Of a DNA stretch of 64,000 nt, positions 11,248 to 22,370 are shown piece after piece. The first letter of the stretch is position 1. The number at the start of each line of letters is the position of its first letter. A program made the position numbers and the translations under genes. The notes under the pieces were generated by a model, which ran no database searches, was not told where the DNA came from, and was given only the letters and a program-made list of their open reading frames with translations. Origin of the DNA: an uncultured Methanosarcinaceae archaeon (GTDB taxonomy: Archaea; Halobacteriota; Methanosarcinia; Methanosarcinales; Methanosarcinaceae); contig CAVTET010000005.1 of assembly GCA_963733675.1 (NCBI GenBank), forward strand, positions 1 to 64,000, written 5' to 3'.

Positions 11248-11664
11248 TTGACTGAAGGAACAACTAATTTCGTCAAATGCCATGTTTGCGGGGGTGAACT
11301 GGAAAAAGAAGATGTTATTGAGGAAGAAAGCAAGATTTTCTGTGAGGATTGTTACATAGAGAGCCATCATAAAATTCAGGCTTGTAATCCCTGGGCTGTC
11401 CGTTCAAAAAAACTATTTAGGGAAGAAGCTGGATTTGAAGGAACCGAAGGCTTGACTGAGCTGCAAAAAGCCATTTATGAATTCATTGTCTCGAGTGGCG
11501 GAGTAAAAAAAGAAGAAATTGCACAAAAATTTGAGATATCTTTACTCGAAACAGAAAATCAATTTGCTCTTCTGAGACATTGTGAACTGGTTAAAGGTCA
11601 AAAAATGGCAGATGGGATATACCTTGTACCTTTCGAAAACAAATATATTCCATGTGGTGGATAA
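11248..11664 (+). CDS. Zn-finger + wHTH hypothetical protein
   Basis: CHVC...CEDC...CNPWAV then HTH-like C-terminus; GAGGTG RBS. Confidence 0.7.
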   Translation: MTEGTTNFVKCHVCGGELEKEDVIEEESKIFCEDCYIESHHKIQACNPWAVRSKKLFREEAGFEGTEGLTELQKAIYEFIVSSGGVKKEEIAQKFEISLLETENQFALLRHCELVKGQKMADGIYLVPFENKYIPCGG

Positions 11665-12329
11665 GTAATAATATACATATCCAATTGTATTTATATGCTT
11701 TGACCTAGGCTCTTTCTTATATTTAAGCAACAAGTTGCCTGATTATGTAAATCAAAGTTTATCATGAATTGGTTTGAGAAATACTGCTGATTCTGCACAC
11801 ACCAACAGTATCTAGTTTACTTTAGACTTTTTAGTTATCTGTTCTGCAGAACAGTATTGGGTTTTAACCTTATTATATTTTTATTTAATCTTTCTTTGAA
11901 ACATTATTTTCTTTTCTATATGACCCACAACCCGTATTTGCTCAGCATTCCACAGCACTTTTTGGTTTTTTGATTCGTTTATTTTTGACAATACCCTATG
12001 ATACAATTATTGGATCAGATCCCTTGATATGCAATCAGAAGAAACTAAATCATGTGATGACTTGCAACAATCAAAATAAACTACAATACGTTTATATAAA
12101 ACTATATTTTTATATATTCAAAGAAAAAAATTTAGTTGGAAGGATTTAAAAAATGAATACGGTTTTTTATCCCATGCTTTTAATGAGAAAGAAAGTGATC
12201 ATATACAGTTGCTAAAAACGAACTAAAATCACATGGAATGCAAATATGTGAAACCAACCATTTGGAAATAAAAGACGATATTATAAGTGCTATTCATGAT
12301 CCTATAAACAAATGTTATCCTCCTATCGC

Positions 12330-12620
12330 TTTCATGATAGATAATAATCTCAATGTAGCTTATGACGTTGAATATGCAATGGCTAAAAGGTAAAAAAGTT
12401 TTAATTATTAGTTCTGATTATAGTGAAATACCTATTTACTTAAAAGCGGTACCTAATATCCTTTTACGTGATTATTTAGATACATCCTGCGACATATTGA
12501 ATTTTGTTGAGAATGGTTACAGGTAACAAGGTGCCTGAAAATATCAAACCTAAAGAAGCAGTGAAGCCGTTAATCAATGCTCTAAAAAATGAAGATGAGC
12601 AGTTGGTGGTGGTAAATTGT
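12330..12620 (+). pseudogene. Remnants of nucleoside 2-deoxyribosyltransferase-like and HEAT-repeat segments
   Basis: NNLNVAYDVEYAMAK/GKKVLIIS and KEAVKPLINALKNEDE fragments. Confidence 0.3.
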
Positions 12621-12985
12621 TGACTTTTCATTAATTTCAATGAAGGACAGAATGATAAGTACTACAGAAGATTTAAAAAAGAAATAGGACAATATCGATT
12701 ACCTTAAGAAATGTCATTATTGCCCTGAAAATTAAGTGCCGAACCCTTTTTATTATACATGGAGATAATATCTACTAACATGAAGTTAACAATAAAAAAA
12801 TATTATTTATGTAGTTAGCGATATAATCAAGCTGATGCTTTAAAACTTCTTTTTTCCTAACTGTTTAACTCTTTCTGTCAACAGACCTTTTTATACAATG
12901 CGATGTAGGATTATATGAGCAGTAAGATTCATATCTGTATTTTAGTTACATTTTTTAATTTTAGCAGTTTTTGTCATCATTACCA

Positions 12986-13213
12986 TTAACAGACATTTAC
13001 CCATTGTTTTTTGGTAGGGCTCCACACCCAACAATCATCATCATTGTGATGATTGTGGTGGTTGGCGGAGTCGGCCAAATTGTGGTTTTCGTTAGATGGT
13101 CCAGAACTTATGGCACAATGCGCACACTGAGCGCTTGCTGCTGCTGCTGTCATGGAAATTATAAGACAAACTGCTAGTAAAATACCAAGTGTCTTTTTGA
13201 TTTGTTTTAACAT
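12986..13213 (-). CDS. Small secreted His/Cys-rich peptide
   Basis: Signal peptide KKTLGILLAVCLIISMTAAAASA; mature part CAHC...HHNHHNDDDCWVWSPTKKQWVNVC; AAGGAG RBS. Confidence 0.75.
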   Translation of the reverse strand: MLKQIKKTLGILLAVCLIISMTAAAASAQCAHCAISSGPSNENHNLADSANHHNHHNDDDCWVWSPTKKQWVNVC

Positions 13214-13882
13214 TTTGTTATCTCCTTCTTTTTATTTCCATTTTATTCATTTTAATCCCTTTCAATCGATAAATGCACAGGGTTAACATCATATCGTCAA
13301 CTAGTTTAAAAACAAAAATTTTTAATAAATATATGGCTATAAATAATACTATCTCTGCATATATAAAAAAACACGATTTTTTATGGGACTACAAGACTAT
13401 TACTTTCAAACAGTTATATATTATGAAGAAAGAATGATTACTATATATTTTTGAATATATATTAAAAATGATACTTATGCTGCTTTCCCAATATTTGCAC
13501 ATGTTTTGTATCAAAAGTTACGTATGAAAATAAAGTTGAGAGAACATTTTTGTGAGACTGCTACTCCAATACTACTGCAAAATTAGAGGTTATGAGAACT
13601 GATTTTTCTGATGCACATGCCGAAGAATAATATTATTCCCATATATATTCTCTACTGGATAATTTATAATGACAGAAAACGCATATCATAATTCTGTTTC
13701 TTGTGCCAGATTTTGTGTGTCGTCATTAACCTACATTACCCTACATCACAATTTTTCCACTTTTTGGAAGGCTCTTAGAGGAGTTCCAAAGGGTCAAAAA
13801 AATAAGATGTAAATTGAGATAACATTTAATATAGAAATACAGTTTCGGTAAAATATATATATCATGCGCCATGTATGAATAT

Positions 13883-13898
13883 ATCAACATATTTTGAT
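13883..13898. promoter_or_regulatory. ATCAA-N6-TTGAT operator upstream of trx-ccdA
   Basis: atcaa-catatt-ttgat. Confidence 0.6.
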
Positions 13899-13965
13899 GT
13901 ATTTTATAATCTTCTTTGTATTTATAAAATACTAATTAAAACCTGAATATATTTGGTGAACTATA

Positions 13966-14589
13966 ATGGAAAAATTGAATAAAAGTCCAAACAAAGAACA
14001 AGTTTCTTTTTCGTTTCCGTTCTTTTTAAAAAAGTCGCTCTTCATTTTAGCGATTTTTTGTTTTCTTGTCCTCAGCTCAGGTTGTACGGATATTAATCAT
14101 TCCAACAATAAATCAGAGCCCGTTGAAGTTACAAAGGGTATTAATCATTCCGACAACAAATCAGTACCTGCTGTAGTTACAAAGGATATTAATAATTCAG
14201 GCAATAAAGCAAAGCTTGTTGAAGTTACGAATTTGAGCCAGATTGATGAAGCTCTCAATAAAGGCCCCGTTGTATTGAAGCTTGGTTCTAGAGAATGCGA
14301 TTCCTGCAAAAAACAGGAACAGGTTCTTTCAGATCTTCTCCCAATGTATCAGGATTCTGCTACAATGATGCTTATCTACGTTAAAGAGTATCCTGAGCTC
14401 GCAGAAGAGTTTGGAGTAAGATCCATCCCAGATACCTGTATTATCACAGGCATAGAGCATGGAAAATATATGTATATGCAACAGGACGGCAGTAAAAGCC
14501 CTGAAAGAGCAACTGCAAGATTCCTGGGTGTTGCCGATGAAAAAACCCTATCTGAGACTCTTGATAAAGCTATTGCATCTAGAAAATAG
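13966..14589 (+). CDS. Thioredoxin-like lipoprotein
   Basis: Lipobox LSSGC, CDSC motif, cis-Pro loop SIP; three 16-aa repeats (14089-14232). Confidence 0.85.
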   Translation: MEKLNKSPNKEQVSFSFPFFLKKSLFILAIFCFLVLSSGCTDINHSNNKSEPVEVTKGINHSDNKSVPAVVTKDINNSGNKAKLVEVTNLSQIDEALNKGPVVLKLGSRECDSCKKQEQVLSDLLPMYQDSATMMLIYVKEYPELAEEFGVRSIPDTCIITGIEHGKYMYMQQDGSKSPERATARFLGVADEKTLSETLDKAIASRK

Positions 14590-14601
14590 AGGAATTAACT
14601 T

Positions 14602-15246
14602 ATGTTTTCCAACGTTTTCCCAATTGCGGCTTTCTTTGCAGGAGTTGTCAGTGTACTTTCCCCATGCATCCTATCCGTAATTCCGGCAGTTTTTGCTTAC
14701 TCAACTGAAAAAGGCAAGTTCAGGCCCCTTGCGATCGTATTAGGTTTGTCCATTTCCTTTACCTGCATGGGGATCATTACTTCCATTTTAGGGACAAAGT
14801 TCACGGCTTATCTCAGCTACCTTACTATTGTTGCTGAAATTCTTTTGATCACGATGGCTATTACGCTCCTTTTTGATCTCAACACTTTCAATATTTTTGG
14901 AAATTTTTCTTCCCTTGCAAATTCTAAACGAGAGGGTCTTTTTGGAGGATTTTTGCTTGGCCTCTCTCTTGGGATTATCTGGCTTCCATGTATTGGTTCA
15001 GTACTTGGTTCAATCCTTACAATGGTTGCTGTTTCAAGCAAAATTATTTATGGGGCGCTAATGCTTTTCATCTATTCCCTTGGCTTTTCCATCCCACTGC
15101 TTCTTGTTGCTTACTCTGCAAGCTTTTCTTCTGCAAGGCTTCAGAAAATATCAAAATTTGGTTTCCCGCTAAAAAAAATTACAGGTTTAATTATATTAGG
15201 AGTCGGCTTCTATATGATTTACCACAATCATTTTGGCGGTCCCTGA
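14602..15246 (+). CDS. ccdA: CcdA/DsbD transmembrane electron transporter
   Basis: SVLSPCILSVIP and WLPCIGSVLG motifs, multiple TM helices. Confidence 0.9.
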   Translation: MFSNVFPIAAFFAGVVSVLSPCILSVIPAVFAYSTEKGKFRPLAIVLGLSISFTCMGIITSILGTKFTAYLSYLTIVAEILLITMAITLLFDLNTFNIFGNFSSLANSKREGLFGGFLLGLSLGIIWLPCIGSVLGSILTMVAVSSKIIYGALMLFIYSLGFSIPLLLVAYSASFSSARLQKISKFGFPLKKITGLIILGVGFYMIYHNHFGGP

Positions 15247-15795
15247 GAAAAATTGCTTTTCTCTTTCCGCAGCAAGTGCTGGGAATTTGATTGAACTAGA
15301 AATTGGTTGAGGGTACTTGCAATGATAAGGTTCGAGAGCTATATTTTATAAAACTGATGAAATTTATACCACGTTGGAAGTTTTGGTGATATCCGGTTAT
15401 TATTGCCACCAGGTACTCCAAAAAACAAATAAGTAAAACATATCAAACATTTAAATTCAAATTAATAGAGACTCTTTATTTTAAAGGATTATTACAGAGC
15501 CGAAAATAGCAAGGCACAGTGCAAAAATGTACTTAAGTTATTTAGCTCATTGAGTACATTTGGGTCTATAACAGACCACAATATAACTGTATTTATATAT
15601 ATAATTGTGCGATATAAGGATTCACGATAAGGAATGATTGTCTCCAAAGATATCGGTAAAAATCAGATTGCTGTATATTTTTAAAACTCGATGAATTATG
15701 TAGTCAGAGTAATCTTCAATATCTTATTGTAATAAGAGGCATGCCTAATTTTAGCTTTAGAAAAGTATATAGCTTCTTAAATCAATGCTGTATCA

Positions 15796-16107
15796 ATGAT
15801 TAATGATATGATTAATGAAAAAAACATACAGGTTTTCAAGGCTTTAAGCGAGGATACGAGGTATAGGATTATCATGGCTCTCCTTGAAGCTGAATGCGAA
15901 TGCAAAGAGATAAACTACGGCCACAAAGGAGAATTATGTGCCTGCGAGATTCCGGGAATAATCGATAAGGCTCAGTCCAACACCTCAATGCACCTTGCAA
16001 AGTTGCAAGATTGGGGGATAATTAAAGTGAGAAAAGTAGGTAAGAAGAGGCTATACTCTATAGATAACAATAAAGTCCGAAAGGTTTTAGAAGTCCTTAA
16101 AGAATAA
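15796..16107 (+). CDS. arsR: ArsR/SmtB regulator
   Basis: FKALSEDTRYRI...ELCACEI...QSNTSMHLAKL. Confidence 0.9.
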   Translation: MINDMINEKNIQVFKALSEDTRYRIIMALLEAECECKEINYGHKGELCACEIPGIIDKAQSNTSMHLAKLQDWGIIKVRKVGKKRLYSIDNNKVRKVLEVLKE

Positions 16108-16428
16108 ATCTTTTTAATGCTACTTCAGTTGACCTTCAGGGCTGATTGACTTGAAGAATAAATATCATTCAACACTGGTTTAATTTTTTGATAATTTACC
16201 GAAAGAAGAGAGTTTTCTTTTCCCAAAAACAGCGTATTTATGTACATTTGCAATCTTTTTAGGGGTATTATTTTATAAATTTAGTTTTCTAGTTTTATAA
16301 ACTGTTCCTCGAATTAAAGAATATATGTTCAACAAACATGTCTGAACAATCTTTTGATACCTACATAAAAATAAATCTAGTTTAAAAAAATTTCAAGCTT
16401 TAAGGATAATTTTATATAATAGTATGCA

Positions 16429-16448
16429 ATATCAATATATATTGATAT
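16429..16448. promoter_or_regulatory. Palindromic operator downstream of TATA box, upstream of arsP
   Basis: atatcaa-tatata-ttgatat perfect 20-bp palindrome; tttatata at 16411. Confidence 0.7.
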
Positions 16449-16508
16449 AACAAAACGATGAAATGTATGATAGCAAAACTAAATGAACTTTAACAGGAGG
16501 ATCCCAAA

Positions 16509-17480
16509 ATGGTTGATATATACTATCCGCTTCAATGGATTGCTGACAAACTGACCTATGGTGTGTTTGGGATTGCTCCGGAGACACACCTTGGAGCAAG
16601 TGTTGACTTTATCATTTATGAAGTGATGAAAATCCTAATTCTGCTCATTTTAATGATTTTTGTCGTCTCCTACATCAGGACTTATATCACTCCCGAAAAA
16701 ACGAGACAAGCACTCGCAGGGAAAAAAGGACTACAATATCATCTTTTGGCTTCTTTGATAGGAGCTTTCACCCCTTTTTGTTCGTGTTCGGCCGTTCCAA
16801 TCTTCATAGGGTTAGTGGAAGCTGGAATTCCTTTAGGGGTAACTTTTTCCTTCCTTATTGCTTCCCCTCTTGTAAACGAAGCTGCAGTTGCTGCGTTGTG
16901 GGCCACGATTGGCCCAAAAGCAACTTTAATCTATGTGATTTCGGGCATTTTGCTTGGCGTGTTAGGTGGGTATGTTATAGGTCTCCTGAAAATGGAAAAA
17001 TACGTAGCTGATTTTGTTTACGAGATTAAAATAGGGAGTCAAGCCAAAAAGCCAAAAGATCTGAACATAAAAGAACGGGTTGATTTCGCCTTTGACGGGG
17101 TTAAGGACATTTTGGGAAGGGTCTGGATTTATGTGATTATTGGAGTCACTCTAGGCGGCTTTTTCCACGGATATGCCCCCGAAGGCATCCTCGCAAAATA
17201 TGCAGGCAAAGGCAATTTGTTTGCCGTTCCGATTGCGGTTATTATAGGGATACCTCTTTACTCGAACGTTATAACTATGATCCCTATCGTTGAAAGCTTG
17301 ATTGAGAAAGGTCTTCCAATAGGAACTGCCCTTGCCTTCCTTATGTCGGTCAGTGGTATTTCCCTTCCCGAAATTATAATCCTGAAAAAAGTGCTTAAAA
17401 ATAAGCTGATCGGAGTTTTTGTTTTAACTATTACGATATCTATCATTTTTATGGGATATCTATTTAACATTATTCTATGA
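16509..17480 (+). CDS. arsP: ArsP/DUF318 family permease
   Basis: TPFCSCSAVP, FLIASPLVNE, GTALAFLMSV...SLPE. Confidence 0.85.
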   Translation: MVDIYYPLQWIADKLTYGVFGIAPETHLGASVDFIIYEVMKILILLILMIFVVSYIRTYITPEKTRQALAGKKGLQYHLLASLIGAFTPFCSCSAVPIFIGLVEAGIPLGVTFSFLIASPLVNEAAVAALWATIGPKATLIYVISGILLGVLGGYVIGLLKMEKYVADFVYEIKIGSQAKKPKDLNIKERVDFAFDGVKDILGRVWIYVIIGVTLGGFFHGYAPEGILAKYAGKGNLFAVPIAVIIGIPLYSNVITMIPIVESLIEKGLPIGTALAFLMSVSGISLPEIIILKKVLKNKLIGVFVLTITISIIFMGYLFNIIL

Positions 17481-17555
17481 AATCAAAGTGCTCTGAAGCT
17501 TGGGGAAAAATATCAAAGACAAAAACAATAGAAAATAAAACACGAGGCCAAAGAT

Positions 17556-17789
17556 ATGAAAATTGAAATTCTTGGAAGCGGCTGTTCAAAATGTAAGAAC
17601 ACAAAGGAAGTTGTTGAAAAAGCATTGAAGAATAGCGGTGTTGAAGCCGAAGTCATTAAAGTAGAGGACTTTGAAACGATCCTTAACTACGGGGTTATGA
17701 TCACCCCCGCAGTTGTCATTGATGGAGAAGTGAAATCAGTGGGCAAAGTTCCGGATGAAAAAGAAGTTAAAAAGTGGATCACTAAATAA
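17556..17789 (+). CDS. Small thioredoxin-like protein (MTH895 type)
   Basis: KIEILGSGCSKC...YGVMITPAVVIDGEV. Confidence 0.9.
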   Translation: MKIEILGSGCSKCKNTKEVVEKALKNSGVEAEVIKVEDFETILNYGVMITPAVVIDGEVKSVGKVPDEKEVKKWITK

Positions 17790-17992
17790 AAGAAAAGAAT
17801 TAATTTTGTGGCTCATCATCACATAGTGAAATTGATTTTACAGTTAAAATAAAATATTCTACGATGAAGTCAATTCATATTGAAATTTTGGAATAATTTC
17901 ATATCTGAATTTAAAGCCAAAGTAGCCGAATAAAAAATCAAGTCGAGAGAATATCAGTGTAAACAATATCAAAATTAAAGGAGATGTATTTT

Positions 17993-18370
17993 ATGGTAAA
18001 AATAATCATTTTTGAACCTGCAATGTGTTGTTCCACAGGTTTATGTGGACCTGTAGTTGACTTGGAGCTTTTAAGGATATCAACGGTTATAAGCAATCTT
18101 GGAAAAAATGGTGTAAAGGTTGAAAGATATAACCTTAACAGTAATCCCGAGGCTTTTGTAGATAACATAGCTATAAACGAAATACTGAACCGAGATGGTG
18201 TTGATGTGTTACCTGTAACTATTGTTGACGGTAAAGTAGTCAAAACTAAGAAATATCCTACAAACGATGAGCTGCTTAAATTTTTGGATGTACCTGAAAG
18301 TTATATAAAGGGAACTGAAAAGCCTGCGACGAAGGATTCCTGTTGTAGCGATGGCAATTGCCAACATTAG
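17993..18370 (+). CDS. arsD: Arsenic metallochaperone ArsD
   Basis: FEPAMCCSTGLCG; C-terminal Cys cluster. Confidence 0.95.
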   Translation: MVKIIIFEPAMCCSTGLCGPVVDLELLRISTVISNLGKNGVKVERYNLNSNPEAFVDNIAINEILNRDGVDVLPVTIVDGKVVKTKKYPTNDELLKFLDVPESYIKGTEKPATKDSCCSDGNCQH

Positions 18371-18379
18371 ATCAATAAG

Positions 18380-20134
18380 GTGAGTATATTGTCTGAAACA
18401 TTTAATCCTAAAAAAATAACACTTACTAAATATTTATTTTTCACAGGAAAAGGTGGCGTTGGAAAAACATCCACAGCCTGTGCTACGGCTGTGACTCTGG
18501 CGGATGAAGGAAAAAAAGTTTTGCTGATTAGTACTGATCCTGCCTCAAATCTGCAAGATGTATTTAACATCGAGTTAAACAATAAAGGGGTTTCTATAAA
18601 AGATGTGCCCAATTTGATTGTGGTCAACATTGATCCTGAAGAAGCTGCCCAAGAATATAAAGAAAGTATCGTAGCACCCTATAGAGGGAAGCTGCCTGAA
18701 GTAGTAATTAAAAATATGGAAGAACAGCTTTCAGGTTCTTGTTCTGTTGAAATAGCTGCCTTTAATGAGTTTTCAGCATTTATAACTGATGAAAAGACAG
18801 AGCAAGAATATGACTATATCATTTTTGATACAGCTCCTACTGGCCACACTCTTCGATTGATGCAGTTGCCTTCAGCCTGGAGTACTTTCATAAGCGAAAG
18901 TACACATGGAGCGTCTTGTTTAGGCCAGCTTTCTGGGCTTGAAAGTAAAAAAGAAATTTATAAGCAAGCCGTAGAAACATTATCTAATAAAGACATGACT
19001 ACCCTGATTCTTGTTTCCCGGCCAGAAAAAGAACCTCTTAAAGAGGCTGAAAGAGCTTCACAGGAGCTTAAGGATTTAGGCATTAATAATCAAATACTTA
19101 TCATCAATGGCGTGCTGCAAAGCTATGATGATATTGTATCTAAAAGCCTTTTTGATAAGCAACGAGAGGCTTTGAAAGGCATGCCTATTGATTTAAAAAA
19201 TTTCGTAACCTATGAAATTCCTCTTAGAGCCTATAATATTACCGGTATAGATAACGTAAGGGCATTCTTACACCAGGATAACGATAAAATTAGCGATGAA
19301 AAGATCAGTTCTAAGCGGATTCCTAAACTCAAAAATGTTATAGATGACCTATATGCTTCTGGCAAAAAAGTAGTATTTACCATGGGTAAAGGCGGCGTTG
19401 GAAAAACAACGATTGCAGCAGCAATTGCATTAGGTCTGGTCCAAAAGAGTGTTAAAGTTCACCTTACAACAACAGACCCTGCAGCGCATGGTAAATTCGT
19501 GATAGAGGAAAGTAGTGATATAACTATAAGTAGGATTGACGAAGAAGCGGAGCTTGCTAAATATAAAGAAGAAGTGCTCGGCAAAGCAAGGGAAACAATG
19601 AGTGGAGATGATCTCGCCTATATTGAAGAAGATTTAAGGTCACCCTGTACGCAGGAAATTGCTGTTTTTAATGCGTTTGCTCAAATTGTAGAGAAAGCTA
19701 AAAATAAGGTTGTCATTATTGATACAGCTCCCACAGGACATACTCTTTTACTTCTTGATTCAACCCAAAGTTATCATAGAGAAATCAGTCGTTTGCAAAG
19801 TGATATCCCAGAGCCAGTTAAAAACTTGTTACCCATGTTGAGAAATGCTGACGAAACCGAAGTTCTGATCATTACATTAGCAGAAACTACACCGGTGTAT
19901 GAAGCAGAGCGGCTTGAGTCTGACCTCAAACGTGCCGGAATCAATAGCAAATGGTGGATAATCAATGCCAGCTTATATGCAACTGAAACAACGAATAAAA
20001 CGCTCAAAGCGAGAGCAAGCAACGAGATTGAGTGGATTAACGAAGTTGACAAATACTCAGATGGTAATTTTGCGATCATAGAGTGGACAGCAGATGAAAT
20101 CAATGGTGAAAAGTTATTAGATTTAATACAATAA
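18380..20134 (+). CDS. arsA: Arsenite-stimulated ATPase ArsA
   Basis: Two GKGGVGKT and two DTAPTGH motifs; metal-site Cys (SGSCS, ASCLG, SPCT). Confidence 0.95.
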   Translation: MSILSETFNPKKITLTKYLFFTGKGGVGKTSTACATAVTLADEGKKVLLISTDPASNLQDVFNIELNNKGVSIKDVPNLIVVNIDPEEAAQEYKESIVAPYRGKLPEVVIKNMEEQLSGSCSVEIAAFNEFSAFITDEKTEQEYDYIIFDTAPTGHTLRLMQLPSAWSTFISESTHGASCLGQLSGLESKKEIYKQAVETLSNKDMTTLILVSRPEKEPLKEAERASQELKDLGINNQILIINGVLQSYDDIVSKSLFDKQREALKGMPIDLKNFVTYEIPLRAYNITGIDNVRAFLHQDNDKISDEKISSKRIPKLKNVIDDLYASGKKVVFTMGKGGVGKTTIAAAIALGLVQKSVKVHLTTTDPAAHGKFVIEESSDITISRIDEEAELAKYKEEVLGKARETMSGDDLAYIEEDLRSPCTQEIAVFNAFAQIVEKAKNKVVIIDTAPTGHTLLLLDSTQSYHREISRLQSDIPEPVKNLLPMLRNADETEVLIITLAETTPVYEAERLESDLKRAGINSKWWIINASLYATETTNKTLKARASNEIEWINEVDKYSDGNFAIIEWTADEINGEKLLDLIQ

Positions 20135-20328
20135 TATGAGCAGTCAATGGTAGGGGAGGGGTAGAATGTTGTTCTGGAATGATACCCAATCATTAATCAC
20201 AAGCTTTTAGGATTTCTACAAAGCCATTACCAATGTAATCACTTAATTGGAGGAATCTTTGAAGCACTAACAATTGGATATCGAACTTAGTAATCTTGAT
20301 ATAAAGACTAAAGACAAGGAGAAGTAAT

Positions 20329-20562
20329 ATGGTCTGTCCCGTGTGTGCAGTTGGAGGAATTGCGTATATCGCCAGTAAAATTTTTGGGTTTCCTGATGTA
20401 GTTGTTGCTTTTGTGACCGGAATGCTGGCGACTTCTATGGCATATTGGATGAATCATATTATGGCGAAAAAATGGAAGAAAAGAAAAGGTCAACTTATAG
20501 CAATCAATATCCTATCAGGGATTATATGTTTATATTCACTTAAATTAATTGGATTGTGGTAA
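20329..20562 (+). CDS. Small membrane protein with N-terminal CPVC
   Basis: AAGGAG RBS, hydrophobic segments, directly upstream of acr3. Confidence 0.65.
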   Translation: MVCPVCAVGGIAYIASKIFGFPDVVVAFVTGMLATSMAYWMNHIMAKKWKKRKGQLIAINILSGIICLYSLKLIGLW

Positions 20563-20568
20563 TAGAAG

Positions 20569-21639
20569 GTGTTTGTTTTGGAAGACTCCGTTGTACCAAA
20601 ATTATCTTTTCTAAATCGCTATTTGACTTTGTGGATTTTTCTAGCTATGTTTATTGGTGTGGGTCTAGGCTTCGTCTACCCAGGATTTGCAGGCTTTTTA
20701 AAAAATTTATCTATCGGCACTACATCTATTCCCATTGCCATTGGTTTAATAGTTATGATGTATCCACCCCTTGCACGGGTCAAATATGAAAAATTGGGTC
20801 AGGTGTTCAAAAACCACAAGGTATTAGGATTATCCTTACTAGAAAACTGGATCATTGGTCCAATTTTAATGTTCATCCTGGCAATTATATTTCTTAGAGC
20901 ATATCCTGAATACATGGTAGGTGTTATTCTAATTGGCCTGGCTAGGTGCATCGCCATGGTAATTGTTTGGAATACTCTGGCAGATGGGGACAATGAGTAT
21001 GCAGCTGCTCTGGTTGCTTTTAATTCTATCTTTCAGTTGGTCTTCTTCTCCATTTTTGCTTATTTCTTTATAACCGTGCTGCCTGAATGGTTGGGACTTA
21101 GTGGCATGGAAATAAATGTCTCTATTGGAGAGGTAGCCCAAAGTGTTGTAATATACCTGGGAATTCCCTTTGCTGCTGGCTTTTTAACCCGCTACTTCTT
21201 ACGTCCTTCGAAAGGAGCCGAATGGTATGATCACAAATTTGTTCCTAAAGCAGGTCCGATTTCGCTTTATGCTCTACTATTCACGATTATTGTAATGTTC
21301 TCTTTAAAAGGTGAATATATTGTTACGTTGCCTTTAGATGTGGTGAGAATTGCGATTCCACTCTTAATATATTTTGTAGTTATGTTTAGTATCTCGTTTT
21401 TTGTTTCTAAAAAAATAGGTATTAACTACGCACAGACAACATCTCTTGCTTTTACTGCGGCGAGTAACAACTTTGAACTGGCAATTGCAGTTGCAGTTGC
21501 AGTCTTTGGCATTAATTCAGGGCAGGCATTTGCAGCGGTAGTAGGTCCTTTGATTGAAGTACCGGTTATGATAGGACTTGTGAATGTAGCACTCTACTGG
21601 AGAAAGAAATATTTTACTACAGGTTACAAAGCTGTCTAA
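20569..21639 (+). CDS. acr3: Acr3 arsenite efflux transporter
   Basis: [31 protein letters not shown]. Confidence 0.95.
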   Translation: MFVLEDSVVPKLSFLNRYLTLWIFLAMFIGVGLGFVYPGFAGFLKNLSIGTTSIPIAIGLIVMMYPPLARVKYEKLGQVFKNHKVLGLSLLENWIIGPILMFILAIIFLRAYPEYMVGVILIGLARCIAMVIVWNTLADGDNEYAAALVAFNSIFQLVFFSIFAYFFITVLPEWLGLSGMEINVSIGEVAQSVVIYLGIPFAAGFLTRYFLRPSKGAEWYDHKFVPKAGPISLYALLFTIIVMFSLKGEYIVTLPLDVVRIAIPLLIYFVVMFSISFFVSKKIGINYAQTTSLAFTAASNNFELAIAVAVAVFGINSGQAFAAVVGPLIEVPVMIGLVNVALYWRKKYFTTGYKAV

Positions 21640-21709
21640 AGAGAAGTACAAAAAGAAGTACTCTTGGTTATGAAATCTATCAAAAAGAATAAGGAATAAT
21701 GCAATTGCG

Positions 21710-22174
21710 TCATTTCTCGAATGTCTGAGAGATCCAGTCTTTTATCTCATCTCTGACCCGTTGGAATACCTTGAGTTTTTCTTCCTCCGATCCTGCTGCT
21801 GCTGCAGGGTCCTCGAAACTATAGTGAATTACTTCTCTTGCTCTGGGAGATTTGCTAGGGAGCTCAAGATTCGTGCTGCAGATTGGACAGGCCACTTTAG
21901 CCCGATCGCAGACAGTAACCGCCACGTCAAATATGATATCCTGAAATTCTTGGGGAGTTTTTGAATGCTGACTGGAGATATCAATACCAATTTCCTTCAT
22001 GACTGCAATAGCAAGAGGATTAACAGTTGTGGCCTCGACTCCAGCACTGTAAGCTTCGTATCGATCTCCATAAATAGCTCTTAAAAGACCTTCAGCCATC
22101 TGGAACCTGGCTGAGTTATGGGTGCACAGAAAGAGAATTTTCTTCTTCCCCTGTGATTCCATGCTTGTAATCAT
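21710..22174 (-). CDS. arsC: Arsenate reductase (LMW-PTP fold)
   Basis: CTHNSARFQMAEG P-loop, VCDRAKVACP, FEDPA. Confidence 0.85.
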   Translation of the reverse strand: MITSMESQGKKKILFLCTHNSARFQMAEGLLRAIYGDRYEAYSAGVEATTVNPLAIAVMKEIGIDISSQHSKTPQEFQDIIFDVAVTVCDRAKVACPICSTNLELPSKSPRAREVIHYSFEDPAAAAGSEEEKLKVFQRVRDEIKDWISQTFEK

Positions 22175-22370
22175 ATTGCTATAGTTGTGCATAAAGTAGA
22201 TCAACATTGCGATCGTTCCTGTATCTGAATTTTGAGAAGTTCAGCAAGCCATAAGATTTTCGTTCTTTTTAGTTTTTTCATCTTCCAGTTGTATACTCAC
22301 TTCGTCTCCTTTATTCCTTATTTCATGCTTTGAAAGCAGAGAATTTCTCCGCTCCACCAACAAAAGTTTT

